From Methanosphaera stadtmanae DSM 3091 (GTDB lineage Archaea; Methanobacteriota; Methanobacteria; Methanobacteriales; Methanobacteriaceae), in assembly GCF_000012545.1 (NCBI RefSeq), contig NC_007681.1, forward strand, positions 180,001-212,000: a stretch of DNA of 32,000 bases, in the 5' to 3' direction. The notes beneath the pieces were generated by a model, which searched no databases, had not been told where the DNA came from, and saw only the letters and a list, made by a program, of their open reading frames with translations. Below are positions 9,350 through 18,268 of the stretch, one piece after another. The position numbers were made by a program, and so were the translations under genes. Position 1 is the stretch's first letter, and every line of letters starts with the position of its first letter.

Positions 9350-12300
9350 ACAAATATTAATGATACACCAACTACTATATCTTCAAATAGTGATATATGT
9401 GTAAATAATACAATTAGTATGAATACTTCAAAAGATAAATCCTACTTTAAAAATATAATAAAAAATCAAACAAATAAAAATATAAATAAAGATAATTTAA
9501 TTAAAGAAAGTAAACAAGTAAATTCAAATAAAACCATAACATCCAACACACAAAAATCAAATACAAATAAAAAATCACTAAAAACTACAAATAACACATT
9601 AAATGTAGATACAAATGGTACTGAAACAGCTTATTTTTTTATACATTCAAATGGTGAATTACAAGAAAATATTACAGAAAACGGAAATTCAACTGAATTT
9701 GCAGCAAGAAATTATATACCTCAGACATCTTCTGGTGGATCAAGTTTGACATGGGATGGAACAGTGAATATGTCACAGATTATAAATGATTGGCATATTA
9801 ATAGTGCTTCTACTAACTGGGTAGTTGAAACCAAGGGACAATATGCTCTTAACAAATACATAATCAAAACACCAGATGGTCTTAAAACATTCCTAAAAGT
9901 AAATGATACAACTAAATATGTAAGTGAAAAACAATCAAAACAAATACTTAAGAATTTTTATCCTGATATGTACAGTAAATACTATAATAGTTCATATAGA
10001 ATAATTGAAACAAATTATATTTACTTCCCCTACTCAATAAAAAGAGAAAAATATGATAAATTAATTCACATTGATGGAATTATAATTCCTTACTATGTAT
10101 TTGAATTAATTCCAGGTCATGATAAAGATCCAATAAATAATATAACAAAAAAACCAAGTACAACCAAAGCAACAATATTAAATTCTACTTATAAAAATAG
10201 TAAATTAAATATCACAGTACTTGATGCTAATACAAGTGCAGTAATAAAAAATGGAACTGTATTTGTAACATTACCAAATGGAACAGAAGTAATGGGAGTA
10301 ACTGACAATAATGGTAACGTAGTAATTCCAGTAGATTTATCTGTTGGTGAATATGAATTACCTGTAACATTTATGGGAAATGAAAATTATACTGTATCTA
10401 ACACAACAGTATTAATAATTATCCAAAAAATATACACAAACATAAAAGTAGAAGCAACCAATACAAAGGTAAATAAAACAAACATAATCAAAGTAACACT
10501 CACAAATGGTAATGGTCTTGTTGGAGAAAAAGTAGTACTAACAATTGATGATAAAAAATACAATTTAATAACCAAAGAAAATGGAGTAGCAACATTTACA
10601 ACATACTCATCTTCTATTGAAAGAAATAAGGTTTTAGTAACTGTAGAATACTTTGGAAATGAAAATATAGGATATGATTCCTGTATAAACAGTACAGAAT
10701 TTAATGTAAAAAAATTAAATACAAAAATTACAGTAAATCAGATATCAAATGCAATAATAGGACAGAATATAACATTAACTGGTAATTTAACAGATGAATT
10801 TGGACACATAGTTTCTAATGAAAATATAGTACTATGTTTTGAAAAAGATAATAAAAATATTACAGTATCTACGAATTCAAATGGAACATATACATTCACA
10901 TATAATGTATATAGAGAAGGATCTTTTGATGTAATCATATACTATTATGGAAATACAGCTCTAAATCCAAGTAGTATTGGATTTCATACTTATGTAGTAA
11001 AAATAAATACAAATATCACAGTAAATCCAGTGGCAAATACAACAGTAGATAAAAATGTATCAATAAAAGGTACACTCAAAGATGAATTTGGAAATATAAT
11101 GCCAAATACAAACATTAAAATAAGAATAAATAATGAAACATATCAAGTAACAACCGATGCTCAGGGTGAATATGAATATATATACAAAACAACAATGGAA
11201 GATACTCTTGATGTAACTGTAGCATATCATGGTAACAATACACACAATCCAAGTATTATAAAAACATCATTCAATGTACGTAAACTAAATACAACGTTAT
11301 CTATTATACCAAGTCCACCTTTAAAAGATGGAGATAAAATATATATAATGGGATATTTAGAGGATGAAAATAAAAATCCAATAGCAAATGCAACTATCAC
11401 AATAACATTTGGAAATAAAGTATATAATGTAACAACTGATGATAAAGGAAAATATACTGCAATTGAAATAGCAAACAGTTCTATTCAACAGGGGGTGGTT
11501 GTAGCATATATTGGAGATAACAAATATGCTACCTCATTAAACAAGACAGAATATTATGTTGATAAAATATATACAAAAATATCAGTAAACAATATAGATC
11601 AAGTACCAGTAGGTTCAACAGTAACTATAAATGGTACACTTAAAGATGAATTTGGACATATCTTGCCAAATACTCCAATAGAAATAGATATAAATGGTAA
11701 AACTATTCAATTTGTTACAGATGAAAATGGAAATTATGCATATAATTATACCATATCTGAAATGAAAAAAGCAAGTGTATCAGTAAGTTATCTTGGAAAC
11801 AGTACTTATTATTCTTCAGATGCTCAAACAGCAATCACAGTTCGTAAAATAAAAACAACAATAACTCTAGATCCAGTTAGTGATATACCTTATGGAAAAA
11901 ACATAACAATATCTGGAATTTTAAAAGATGAATTTGGAAAACCACTTTCAAATGTAAACATATCTGTAGTAATAAATGGTGAAGTAAAAAGTAGTAATGT
12001 TACAACAGACAACAATGGAAAATATTCAATGAATGTTACTAAATCAAATGTTGGTATAAAAAATATTATAGTATCATATGATGGAAATCTAACACATTAT
12101 GCATCATCAAACTCTTCATCATTAAATGTAACTACTATAAACACAACCATAACAGTAAATACCACACATAGTGTGAAAATAGGATCTTCAATTATTATAA
12201 ATGGTGTACTTAAAGATGTATATGGAAATATTTTACCTAATACAGAAGTTATAATAGTTGTTAATGGAAAAGAATACACAATTATGACTAATAATGAAGG

Positions 12301-15300
12301 ATACTATGAAATGCCATATACTACATATATTATAGGTTCAAGATTAGTTCTAGTGAAATACTTGGGAAACAGTACATATAATCCAACAAGTAATCAAACA
12401 AACTTCTATGTAAATCCTATAAACACAGCAATAACAGTAAGTACAAATTTAACTAATGGTAGTGTGAAATTTGGTCAAAGTATATTAATCAATGGTACAG
12501 TATATGATGAGTTTGGAAATATTCTACCAAATACTGAAGTTTCAATTATTATTGATGAAGAAACATACACAACAACAAGTGATGTTAATGGAAAGTATCA
12601 ATTCATACGTAAAAGTCAATCAATAGGAATAAAAAAAGTAATTGTTCAATATAATGGAAATTATACTTATAATCCATCATCAAATGAAATATATTATACA
12701 GTAATACCATTAAATACTAAAATAGTTATAAATCATGTGGAAGATATAAAAATTGGATCTTCTACATATATTAATGGAACTATATATGATGAATTTGGTA
12801 ATATATTACCTAATACTGAGTTAAGCTTTTTAGTAAATGATAATTTGGTGTATAATTTATCAGATTCTGAAGGAAACTTTAAATTTAAATATACTCCAGA
12901 AACTGCAGGAATAATTAATGTAATAGTGGGATACATTGGAAATTCTACTCATAATCCATCAGCAAACACTACATCATTCAATGTAAATAAAATCAATACA
13001 AAATTAACAGTAACTTCTAATAATACTATAGAGATTGGAAAAAATACTTCAATTGAAGGTATACTTAAAGATGAATTTGGTCATGTTTTATCTAACTTCA
13101 ATATAACACTTAATATTGGTGGTAAATTAGTAAATGTAACAACAAATGAATTTGGATATTATAAAACAACATTCATTCCAACACAAGAAGAAACAATTAG
13201 TATAATTGGATTTTATGGTGGTAATGCATTATATAATCAAGTAGAAAATAAAACAATAATCAATGTAACAAAAATCAACACAACCATCAAATTAAATAAC
13301 ATAAAAACTACCACATATGGTAATAATGCACAAATAAGTGGTACATTAACAGATATTTATGGAAACATAATATCTAATGTAAATGTTACTTTAATGATTA
13401 ATAATCGTCAAGTTATTGTAACTACTGATGAAAAGGGAGTATTTACATACACTTATAAAACAGATTTTGTGGATATAAATGAAGTCCAAGCTATCTATTA
13501 TGGAAATGATACATATAAAATGAATGGGGATATAAAATATTTCTTTGTAGTTGGTATTGAAACATCAATTTCTATAAATGAAATAAAAAATACTACAATG
13601 TCCACACATGTTCTAATCAAGGGTACACTCAAAGATGAATTTGGAAATATCATGGCAAATACAAAAGTAGTTCTTACAGTTAACAATCAAATGGTATCTC
13701 TAGTAACAGATGAATTTGGACACTACACATATGATTACATAACAAATGTTCTGGGAACAAATGAGGTATATGTGATATATGAGGGTAACAATTCACATGA
13801 TTATTCAACTAATGTAACTTCATTTAATGTAAGAAAAATAAGTTCAATTATAGATGTAAATAAAATATCTACAATAGTAATTGGAAATAATGTTACAGTA
13901 AATGGTACACTCAAAGATGAGTTTGGAAATAAACTTGTTAACACAACAATATCTCTAAATATTAATGATAAAACAGTTAATGTAACTACTGATAATAATG
14001 GTAATTATAAATACACATTCCAAACAAATAAAATAGAAGTAAACACAATAGATGTATCATACTCTGGTAATGATTCATACTTATCTGCAAATACAAGAGT
14101 TGCATTTGATGTAAGAAAAATACTAACTGATGTTGATATAAATAATATTTCTGATGTTAAAATCAACTCTAATGTAGTAATAAATGGTACATTATATGAT
14201 GAATATGGAAATGTAATGAAAAACACTCCAATAAAACTTATCATAAACAACCAAACATACAACATAACAACAGATAACAATGGTAATTACAAATACACAT
14301 ACAAAGTAAATTCATTAAATAACACAGTAGAAGTAGTTTATCTTGGAAATAACACACACGATGCTTCATATGATATAACTTTATTTACAGCAAATAAACT
14401 TAAAACAACAGTTACAGTTTATCCTGCAAGTGGTATTATTGGTGAAAACATAACTTTAATTGCTAAAATTACTGATGAATATGGTAACCTTGTAAATGGT
14501 GGAAATCTTGTATTTAAACTTAATGGTAAAACATTACGTGAAGATGGAAGCTTTAATAGTACAGCAAATCCACTTAAATTAAAAGTTGAAAATGGTTTTG
14601 TAAGATATAATCTACATCTTGACATGTATCTTAGAAATATTAAGAATGTAACTGCATCATACAGTGGATCATACATCTATGAAAGTGCAAGAGCACAAGA
14701 GGCTACTGTAATAGTTGGAAAACGTATGACACAATTAAATGTTACAACATCAACTACAACAGTAAAACAAAATACAAACATAACATTCACAGTAAAAATA
14801 GCTGATATAACACCAAATGCAGAAAACAGAACAATAAATACTGGACGTGTGATTTTTAAAATAAATGGTAAAACCATAAAAGATGATGATGGTAACATAG
14901 TCTTTAGTGATATAATAAATAACACTGCAACTTACACATACCACATACCACAAGGTATGGCATCTGTAGATAAAAACAATACTTTAAGAAACTACACAGT
15001 AGAAGCAGTATATGCTGATAAAATATATCAAGAAACAAAAAACACCACAGTATTCCATGTTGAAAAATCAGATATTTCAATCGATATAAACAATGTATCA
15101 GTATCAAAAACAGATAAAACAATGAATGTAACTGCTAAAATACTTGACTATCAAGGAAATTTCGTAGTAGGAACAAATAAAATTTGTCTAAAAGTTAATG
15201 GTGTAACTTTAAAAGATGAAAATAATCAAACAATCTACTACACAATTAATAATGGAGTTATAGATCTTAAAAACATCATTATTCCTGTTAAAAATGTTAA

Positions 15301-15382
15301 TAACATTACAATAGTAACAGGTGATAGACAAGCATATAACAGTGGATGTAATACAACTGATGTTATATTCATAAAAGAATAA
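9263..15382 (+). CDS. Giant secreted adhesin-like protein with tandem Ig-like repeats
   Basis: 2039-aa uninterrupted ORF. N-terminal signal-like segment FMFLFCTVFLIFVALSAVNA. Asn/Lys/Thr-rich linker. Unique ~180-aa head region. 15 tandem ~94-aa repeats, then 3 longer divergent modules. The start is ambiguous (GTG 9263, TTG 9272 or ATG 9293); GAGGTGA SD at 9259-9265. Confidence 0.85.
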   Translation: MIFLVNKQGFMFLFCTVFLIFVALSAVNATNINDTPTTISSNSDICVNNTISMNTSKDKSYFKNIIKNQTNKNINKDNLIKESKQVNSNKTITSNTQKSNTNKKSLKTTNNTLNVDTNGTETAYFFIHSNGELQENITENGNSTEFAARNYIPQTSSGGSSLTWDGTVNMSQIINDWHINSASTNWVVETKGQYALNKYIIKTPDGLKTFLKVNDTTKYVSEKQSKQILKNFYPDMYSKYYNSSYRIIETNYIYFPYSIKREKYDKLIHIDGIIIPYYVFELIPGHDKDPINNITKKPSTTKATILNSTYKNSKLNITVLDANTSAVIKNGTVFVTLPNGTEVMGVTDNNGNVVIPVDLSVGEYELPVTFMGNENYTVSNTTVLIIIQKIYTNIKVEATNTKVNKTNIIKVTLTNGNGLVGEKVVLTIDDKKYNLITKENGVATFTTYSSSIERNKVLVTVEYFGNENIGYDSCINSTEFNVKKLNTKITVNQISNAIIGQNITLTGNLTDEFGHIVSNENIVLCFEKDNKNITVSTNSNGTYTFTYNVYREGSFDVIIYYYGNTALNPSSIGFHTYVVKINTNITVNPVANTTVDKNVSIKGTLKDEFGNIMPNTNIKIRINNETYQVTTDAQGEYEYIYKTTMEDTLDVTVAYHGNNTHNPSIIKTSFNVRKLNTTLSIIPSPPLKDGDKIYIMGYLEDENKNPIANATITITFGNKVYNVTTDDKGKYTAIEIANSSIQQGVVVAYIGDNKYATSLNKTEYYVDKIYTKISVNNIDQVPVGSTVTINGTLKDEFGHILPNTPIEIDINGKTIQFVTDENGNYAYNYTISEMKKASVSVSYLGNSTYYSSDAQTAITVRKIKTTITLDPVSDIPYGKNITISGILKDEFGKPLSNVNISVVINGEVKSSNVTTDNNGKYSMNVTKSNVGIKNIIVSYDGNLTHYASSNSSSLNVTTINTTITVNTTHSVKIGSSIIINGVLKDVYGNILPNTEVIIVVNGKEYTIMTNNEGYYEMPYTTYIIGSRLVLVKYLGNSTYNPTSNQTNFYVNPINTAITVSTNLTNGSVKFGQSILINGTVYDEFGNILPNTEVSIIIDEETYTTTSDVNGKYQFIRKSQSIGIKKVIVQYNGNYTYNPSSNEIYYTVIPLNTKIVINHVEDIKIGSSTYINGTIYDEFGNILPNTELSFLVNDNLVYNLSDSEGNFKFKYTPETAGIINVIVGYIGNSTHNPSANTTSFNVNKINTKLTVTSNNTIEIGKNTSIEGILKDEFGHVLSNFNITLNIGGKLVNVTTNEFGYYKTTFIPTQEETISIIGFYGGNALYNQVENKTIINVTKINTTIKLNNIKTTTYGNNAQISGTLTDIYGNIISNVNVTLMINNRQVIVTTDEKGVFTYTYKTDFVDINEVQAIYYGNDTYKMNGDIKYFFVVGIETSISINEIKNTTMSTHVLIKGTLKDEFGNIMANTKVVLTVNNQMVSLVTDEFGHYTYDYITNVLGTNEVYVIYEGNNSHDYSTNVTSFNVRKISSIIDVNKISTIVIGNNVTVNGTLKDEFGNKLVNTTISLNINDKTVNVTTDNNGNYKYTFQTNKIEVNTIDVSYSGNDSYLSANTRVAFDVRKILTDVDINNISDVKINSNVVINGTLYDEYGNVMKNTPIKLIINNQTYNITTDNNGNYKYTYKVNSLNNTVEVVYLGNNTHDASYDITLFTANKLKTTVTVYPASGIIGENITLIAKITDEYGNLVNGGNLVFKLNGKTLREDGSFNSTANPLKLKVENGFVRYNLHLDMYLRNIKNVTASYSGSYIYESARAQEATVIVGKRMTQLNVTTSTTTVKQNTNITFTVKIADITPNAENRTINTGRVIFKINGKTIKDDDGNIVFSDIINNTATYTYHIPQGMASVDKNNTLRNYTVEAVYADKIYQETKNTTVFHVEKSDISIDINNVSVSKTDKTMNVTAKILDYQGNFVVGTNKICLKVNGVTLKDENNQTIYYTINNGVIDLKNIIIPVKNVNNITIVTGDRQAYNSGCNTTDVIFIKE
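10145..14392 (+). repeat. Intragenic tandem array: 15 units of 279-291 nt (11 of them exactly 282 nt)
   Basis: Unit starts traced by eye at 10145, 10427, 10709, 10997, 11279, 11561, 11843, 12131, 12413, 12704, 12986, 13268, 13550, 13832 and 14114. Consensus: (R/K)K(I/L)NT.ITVN......G.N..I.GTLKDEFGN.LPNT.I...IN...Y.VTTD..G.Y.Y.Y........V.V.Y.GN.T.NPS.....F.V. A 29-nt identical core GGTACACTCAAAGATGAATTTGGAAATAT occurs at 11069 and 13622. Confidence 0.9.
14393..15379 (+). repeat. Three divergent C-terminal modules (108, 115 and 106 aa) of the adhesin-like protein
   Basis: Units start at 14393, 14717 and 15062. They share a pattern ..NITL.AKI.D..GN.V..G...FK.NGKT(L/I)KD..G............Y.........Y...A.Y that differs from the upstream repeat type. 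Confidence 0.6.
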
Positions 15383-15416
15383 TTAAAGTATTTCTTTAAT
15401 TTATTCTTCTTTTTCT
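15382..15416 (+). terminator. Hairpin plus T-rich tract right after the adhesin stop
   Basis: ATTAAAG-tattt-CTTTAAT, a 7-bp stem with 5-nt loop (15382-15400), followed by ttattcttctttttc. Confidence 0.4.
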
Positions 15417-15513
15417 AAAAAAAAGTTAAATTCTATTTCTTAAATAAAAATTTAAATAAAAATAGTTTATTTTAAAGTTTAAAAGAGAATCTATTTTTTA
15501 AAACTATTCATTC

Positions 15514-16338
15514 TTATTTTAATATTGTGTCATAAATATCATTTCTTCTATTGGTAAGTACTGGGATTTGATTACGAACAGAGCTAAGTGATGATTGTGT
15601 AATATTAGCATATAGTATTTCTTCATTTTCATGGGCCTTAGCAATGATTTTACCCCAGGGATTAACTATCATTGAATGGCCCCATGCAACATAGTATGGA
15701 TTTTCTATTTGACTTGGACTTGTTGCAACAACATAGCATTGATTATCAATTGCCCTGGCTTTAATTAAAGTCTCCCAATGAAGTGGGCCTGTTGTTTTAT
15801 TGAATGCTCCAGGAAGTAGTATAATATCACTGTTGTTTTTATTCATTAATGTCCATAATTCTGGAAAACGTATATCATAACATATTGCAATGGATATGTT
15901 AGCAAGGGGTGTTTTAATTGTTGTAACTGAGTCTCCAGGTGTGAGTGTATCAGACTCAGTAAATTTCATATTATCTGTATCAATATCAAACATGTGCATT
16001 TTTCTATGTTTTCCTATTATTTTTCCTTTAGGATTTATAAGATAAGCTGTGTTATATAAGTGGTTACTTTCTTTTTCTGGTATTGATCCTGATTGTAGAT
16101 AAATATTTTCCTCTCTAGCTATATCTTGCATAGAATTTAGGGTTTTACTCGTGGTTTCCTCTTCACAATACTCAATAAATTTACTATTATCATATGGTGT
16201 ATTAAACATTTCAGGTAGTGTTATAAGTTTAGCTCCATTAGATGAGGCTTTTTTAATTAACTGGATTGCATGTTCTATATTAGTATCTTTATTATCAACA
16301 ACATTCATTTGACAAGTAGCTATTTTAAAATCTTTCAT
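15514..16338 (-). CDS. Carbon-nitrogen hydrolase family protein (nitrilase superfamily, omega-amidase/Nit-like)
   Basis: 274 aa. The Glu-Lys-Cys triad context is present: LPEMFNTPY, GKHRKMHMF, AICYDIRFPE. GAGGTG SD precedes the ATG. Confidence 0.85.
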   Translation of the reverse strand: MKDFKIATCQMNVVDNKDTNIEHAIQLIKKASSNGAKLITLPEMFNTPYDNSKFIEYCEEETTSKTLNSMQDIAREENIYLQSGSIPEKESNHLYNTAYLINPKGKIIGKHRKMHMFDIDTDNMKFTESDTLTPGDSVTTIKTPLANISIAICYDIRFPELWTLMNKNNSDIILLPGAFNKTTGPLHWETLIKARAIDNQCYVVATSPSQIENPYYVAWGHSMIVNPWGKIIAKAHENEEILYANITQSSLSSVRNQIPVLTNRRNDIYDTILK

Positions 16339-16911
16339 TAATATACACCTCTTTAATTAATAATTTAGCTTATTTTAATATAAACTTTTTTTTAGTCCAT
16401 TGATTTAATTTTATCAGGATTTAAAACTATATTCTTATTATATTGTTAAAATTACTTTTTAGTAGATATTTATATTTGGTGTTTATTTTTGTGAAAAAAG
16501 GTTATTATATACTAATTACTTATTTAATAATTTATGAATATATTGCTTTGATAAGAGGGAAGTTTTAGTTATGAAAACTAGGGATTGAAATAAGTTATTA
16601 TGAAATAGTACATTCACAACATGGAAACTATAATAAAAATAAATTATCTAAAATTAGTAATACATATTTACAATAGTGATAGAAGAGTAAAAAAAATTTT
16701 AAAAAGATATCTTCTACAAAGCCTAAAATTAAATACTTTAAAAATATAATGATTTATAATTGTATGTCCTATGAAAATAAAATAAGAAGGTATTTTTCAT
16801 AAAATAATAAAAAAAAATATAGTTCTAAACTATAAAAAATATATATCAAAGGAGTTAATAGTAAATTATTAAGGTAAATAAAAAAAAGGTATAATTAAAG
16901 GAGGAACTATC

Positions 16912-17325
16912 ATGTTAGATTTATTTCCAGAGGATGATATGACAACATGGAAGTTATTTATATCATATCCTAAGGATTGTCAAGATTATAATATATTTAT
17001 GAAAAGATTAGAATCATCTACCGAAGCATTTAAATGGAGTGATGTTACAAAGATAGGTGATGGATTTGTTGATGCAATTGATAAATCTGATGCACTTATT
17101 GTTTTATCAGGTTTATGGGATGATGATAAAGAATTAATTGAAAAACATATTAAGTATGCAAAGGGTTTTAGAAAACCAATTATAATTATAAGACCATATG
17201 GGGTAGAAGAAATTCCTGAACCATTACAAGATGTTGCAACAAAGGTTGTTGGATGGAATACTGCATGTATTGTTGATGCAATACTACTTAGTATCAATGG
17301 GGAAGATTATGAATTTTTAATGTAA
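16912..17325 (+). CDS. Stand-alone TIR-like domain protein (MTH538/DUF1863-like)
   Basis: 137 aa. KLFISYPKD opening strand, DALIVLSG, and KPIIIIRPYGVEEIPEPLQDVATKVVGWNTACIVDAIL match my recollection of the MTH538-type TIR-like family. Strong AGGAGG SD. Not confirmed by search. Confidence 0.55.
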   Translation: MLDLFPEDDMTTWKLFISYPKDCQDYNIFMKRLESSTEAFKWSDVTKIGDGFVDAIDKSDALIVLSGLWDDDKELIEKHIKYAKGFRKPIIIIRPYGVEEIPEPLQDVATKVVGWNTACIVDAILLSINGEDYEFLM

Positions 17326-17332
17326 TCTTCCC

Positions 17333-18007
17333 TTAGAAGAATGAATCTAGAGTTGATGCTTTTTTTGTTAGTAAATCCTTTGGTGGATTTAGTGGTATGA
17401 ATTCCATTTGTAATGATTTGAGAAGTTCCAAGGCATTGTCTGTTATGTCAGGTGCTACAATTATTCCACGAACAAATTCTTTATTATCCATGAAACATTC
17501 AACATATCCTTTCAATTGTTTCACAGCATTCGTACCAGCTTTTCTACTTTTAAATTCAAGTATCATTAGTTTTTCATCTTTATCAGTTCCCATTAAATCA
17601 ATAAATCCATTTTCTGTCTGATATTCTCGTCTTGTTGGTCTAAATCCCTTTTCTATTAATTCTGGTTTTTCCCATGCAAGATCAACCATGTGTTTTTCAT
17701 ATCCTCTTATTTCAAGATTTTTAGTATCAACACAGTTGTAGTATGTTGCACAGTAGACTGTATCTAGGTAGACTGTTATTTCTTCATCAGGCTTTGTTTT
17801 TATACTTTGTAGTATTATTTGATTCTCTTTTAGACTAACTTTATTTTTACATCCAGGAGCTTGCCAGTTTACTGGATCTAGGTTTAGTTCTTGGTGTATT
17901 GTAAATGTTCCATCTTTTTTTATTAATATTAATCTATCACCTTTGTCTAATCTGCTACGTGCTCGTCCTTCATACTCTACATGACATTGAGCAAGGATGA
18001 TAATCAT
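17333..18007 (-). CDS. nucS: NucS/EndoMS mismatch-specific endonuclease (coordinates to first ATG; true start is probably upstream at about 18085)
   Basis: AQCHVEYEGRARS N-terminal domain, NWQAPG, RecB-like nuclease motif GFIDLMGTD...LMILEFKSRK, and a C-terminal PIP-like STLDSFF. The frame stays open to 18085, encoding IKYKTIENPSTQEAYELIKDGFNKKS. Confidence 0.85.
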   Translation of the reverse strand: MIIILAQCHVEYEGRARSRLDKGDRLILIKKDGTFTIHQELNLDPVNWQAPGCKNKVSLKENQIILQSIKTKPDEEITVYLDTVYCATYYNCVDTKNLEIRGYEKHMVDLAWEKPELIEKGFRPTRREYQTENGFIDLMGTDKDEKLMILEFKSRKAGTNAVKQLKGYVECFMDNKEFVRGIIVAPDITDNALELLKSLQMEFIPLNPPKDLLTKKASTLDSFF

Positions 18008-18268
18008 TGATTTTTTATTAAATCCGTCTTTAATAAGTTCATATGCCTCTTGTGTACTTGGATTTTCTATTGTTTTATATTTAATTTATAATCCCTTCTA
18101 GTAAATTCTTTTATTATATATCTTATATTTGGATAAAACTATTTAAATTAATATTTTTATATATAGTATGTATGGAATATGAATATTTAGTTTCATAGGT
18201 ATTCCGTATTAACAATTGTTATATTTTTTTTTAACAATAAAATGCTTAAAATAGGGGAATAAAAAAAT

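Noticed and set aside
10145-14392. Regular ~282-nt periodicity that could superficially suggest a repeat array or CRISPR
   Set aside because: The periodicity lies entirely inside one long open reading frame and encodes protein repeats. There are no short identical direct repeats with unique spacers and no cas genes.
10387-15122. About a dozen 60-91-aa antisense ORFs within the adhesin gene (for example 14005..14280, 14419..14676, 14677..14925)
   Set aside because: They are opposite a much longer, clearly coding frame. Their translations are low-complexity and hydrophobic, and they lack SD/start context. This is typical of spurious antisense ORFs.
16621-16749. 42-aa ORF (METIIKINYLKLVIHIYNSDRRVKKILKRYLLQSLKLNTLKI) in the spacer upstream of the TIR-like gene
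   Set aside because: It has no SD and a composition typical of random AT-rich ORFs. I kept it only as a note because the spacer is unusually long.
16770-16801. 8-bp inverted repeat (TATGAAAA...TTTTCATA) about 110 nt upstream of the TIR-like gene, and a 10-bp palindrome ATACTAGTAT in the 27258-27421 divergent promoter
   Set aside because: Short all-A/T-rich palindromes are expected by chance in this composition, and there is no supporting second copy or known operator match.
16912-18088. Canonical Thoeris (ThsA/ThsB) defence system
   Set aside because: Only a ThsB-like TIR domain candidate is present. No SIR2, Macro-SLOG or TM effector gene is adjacent. The neighbours are nucS and a C-N hydrolase, so this is not a recognisable Thoeris locus.
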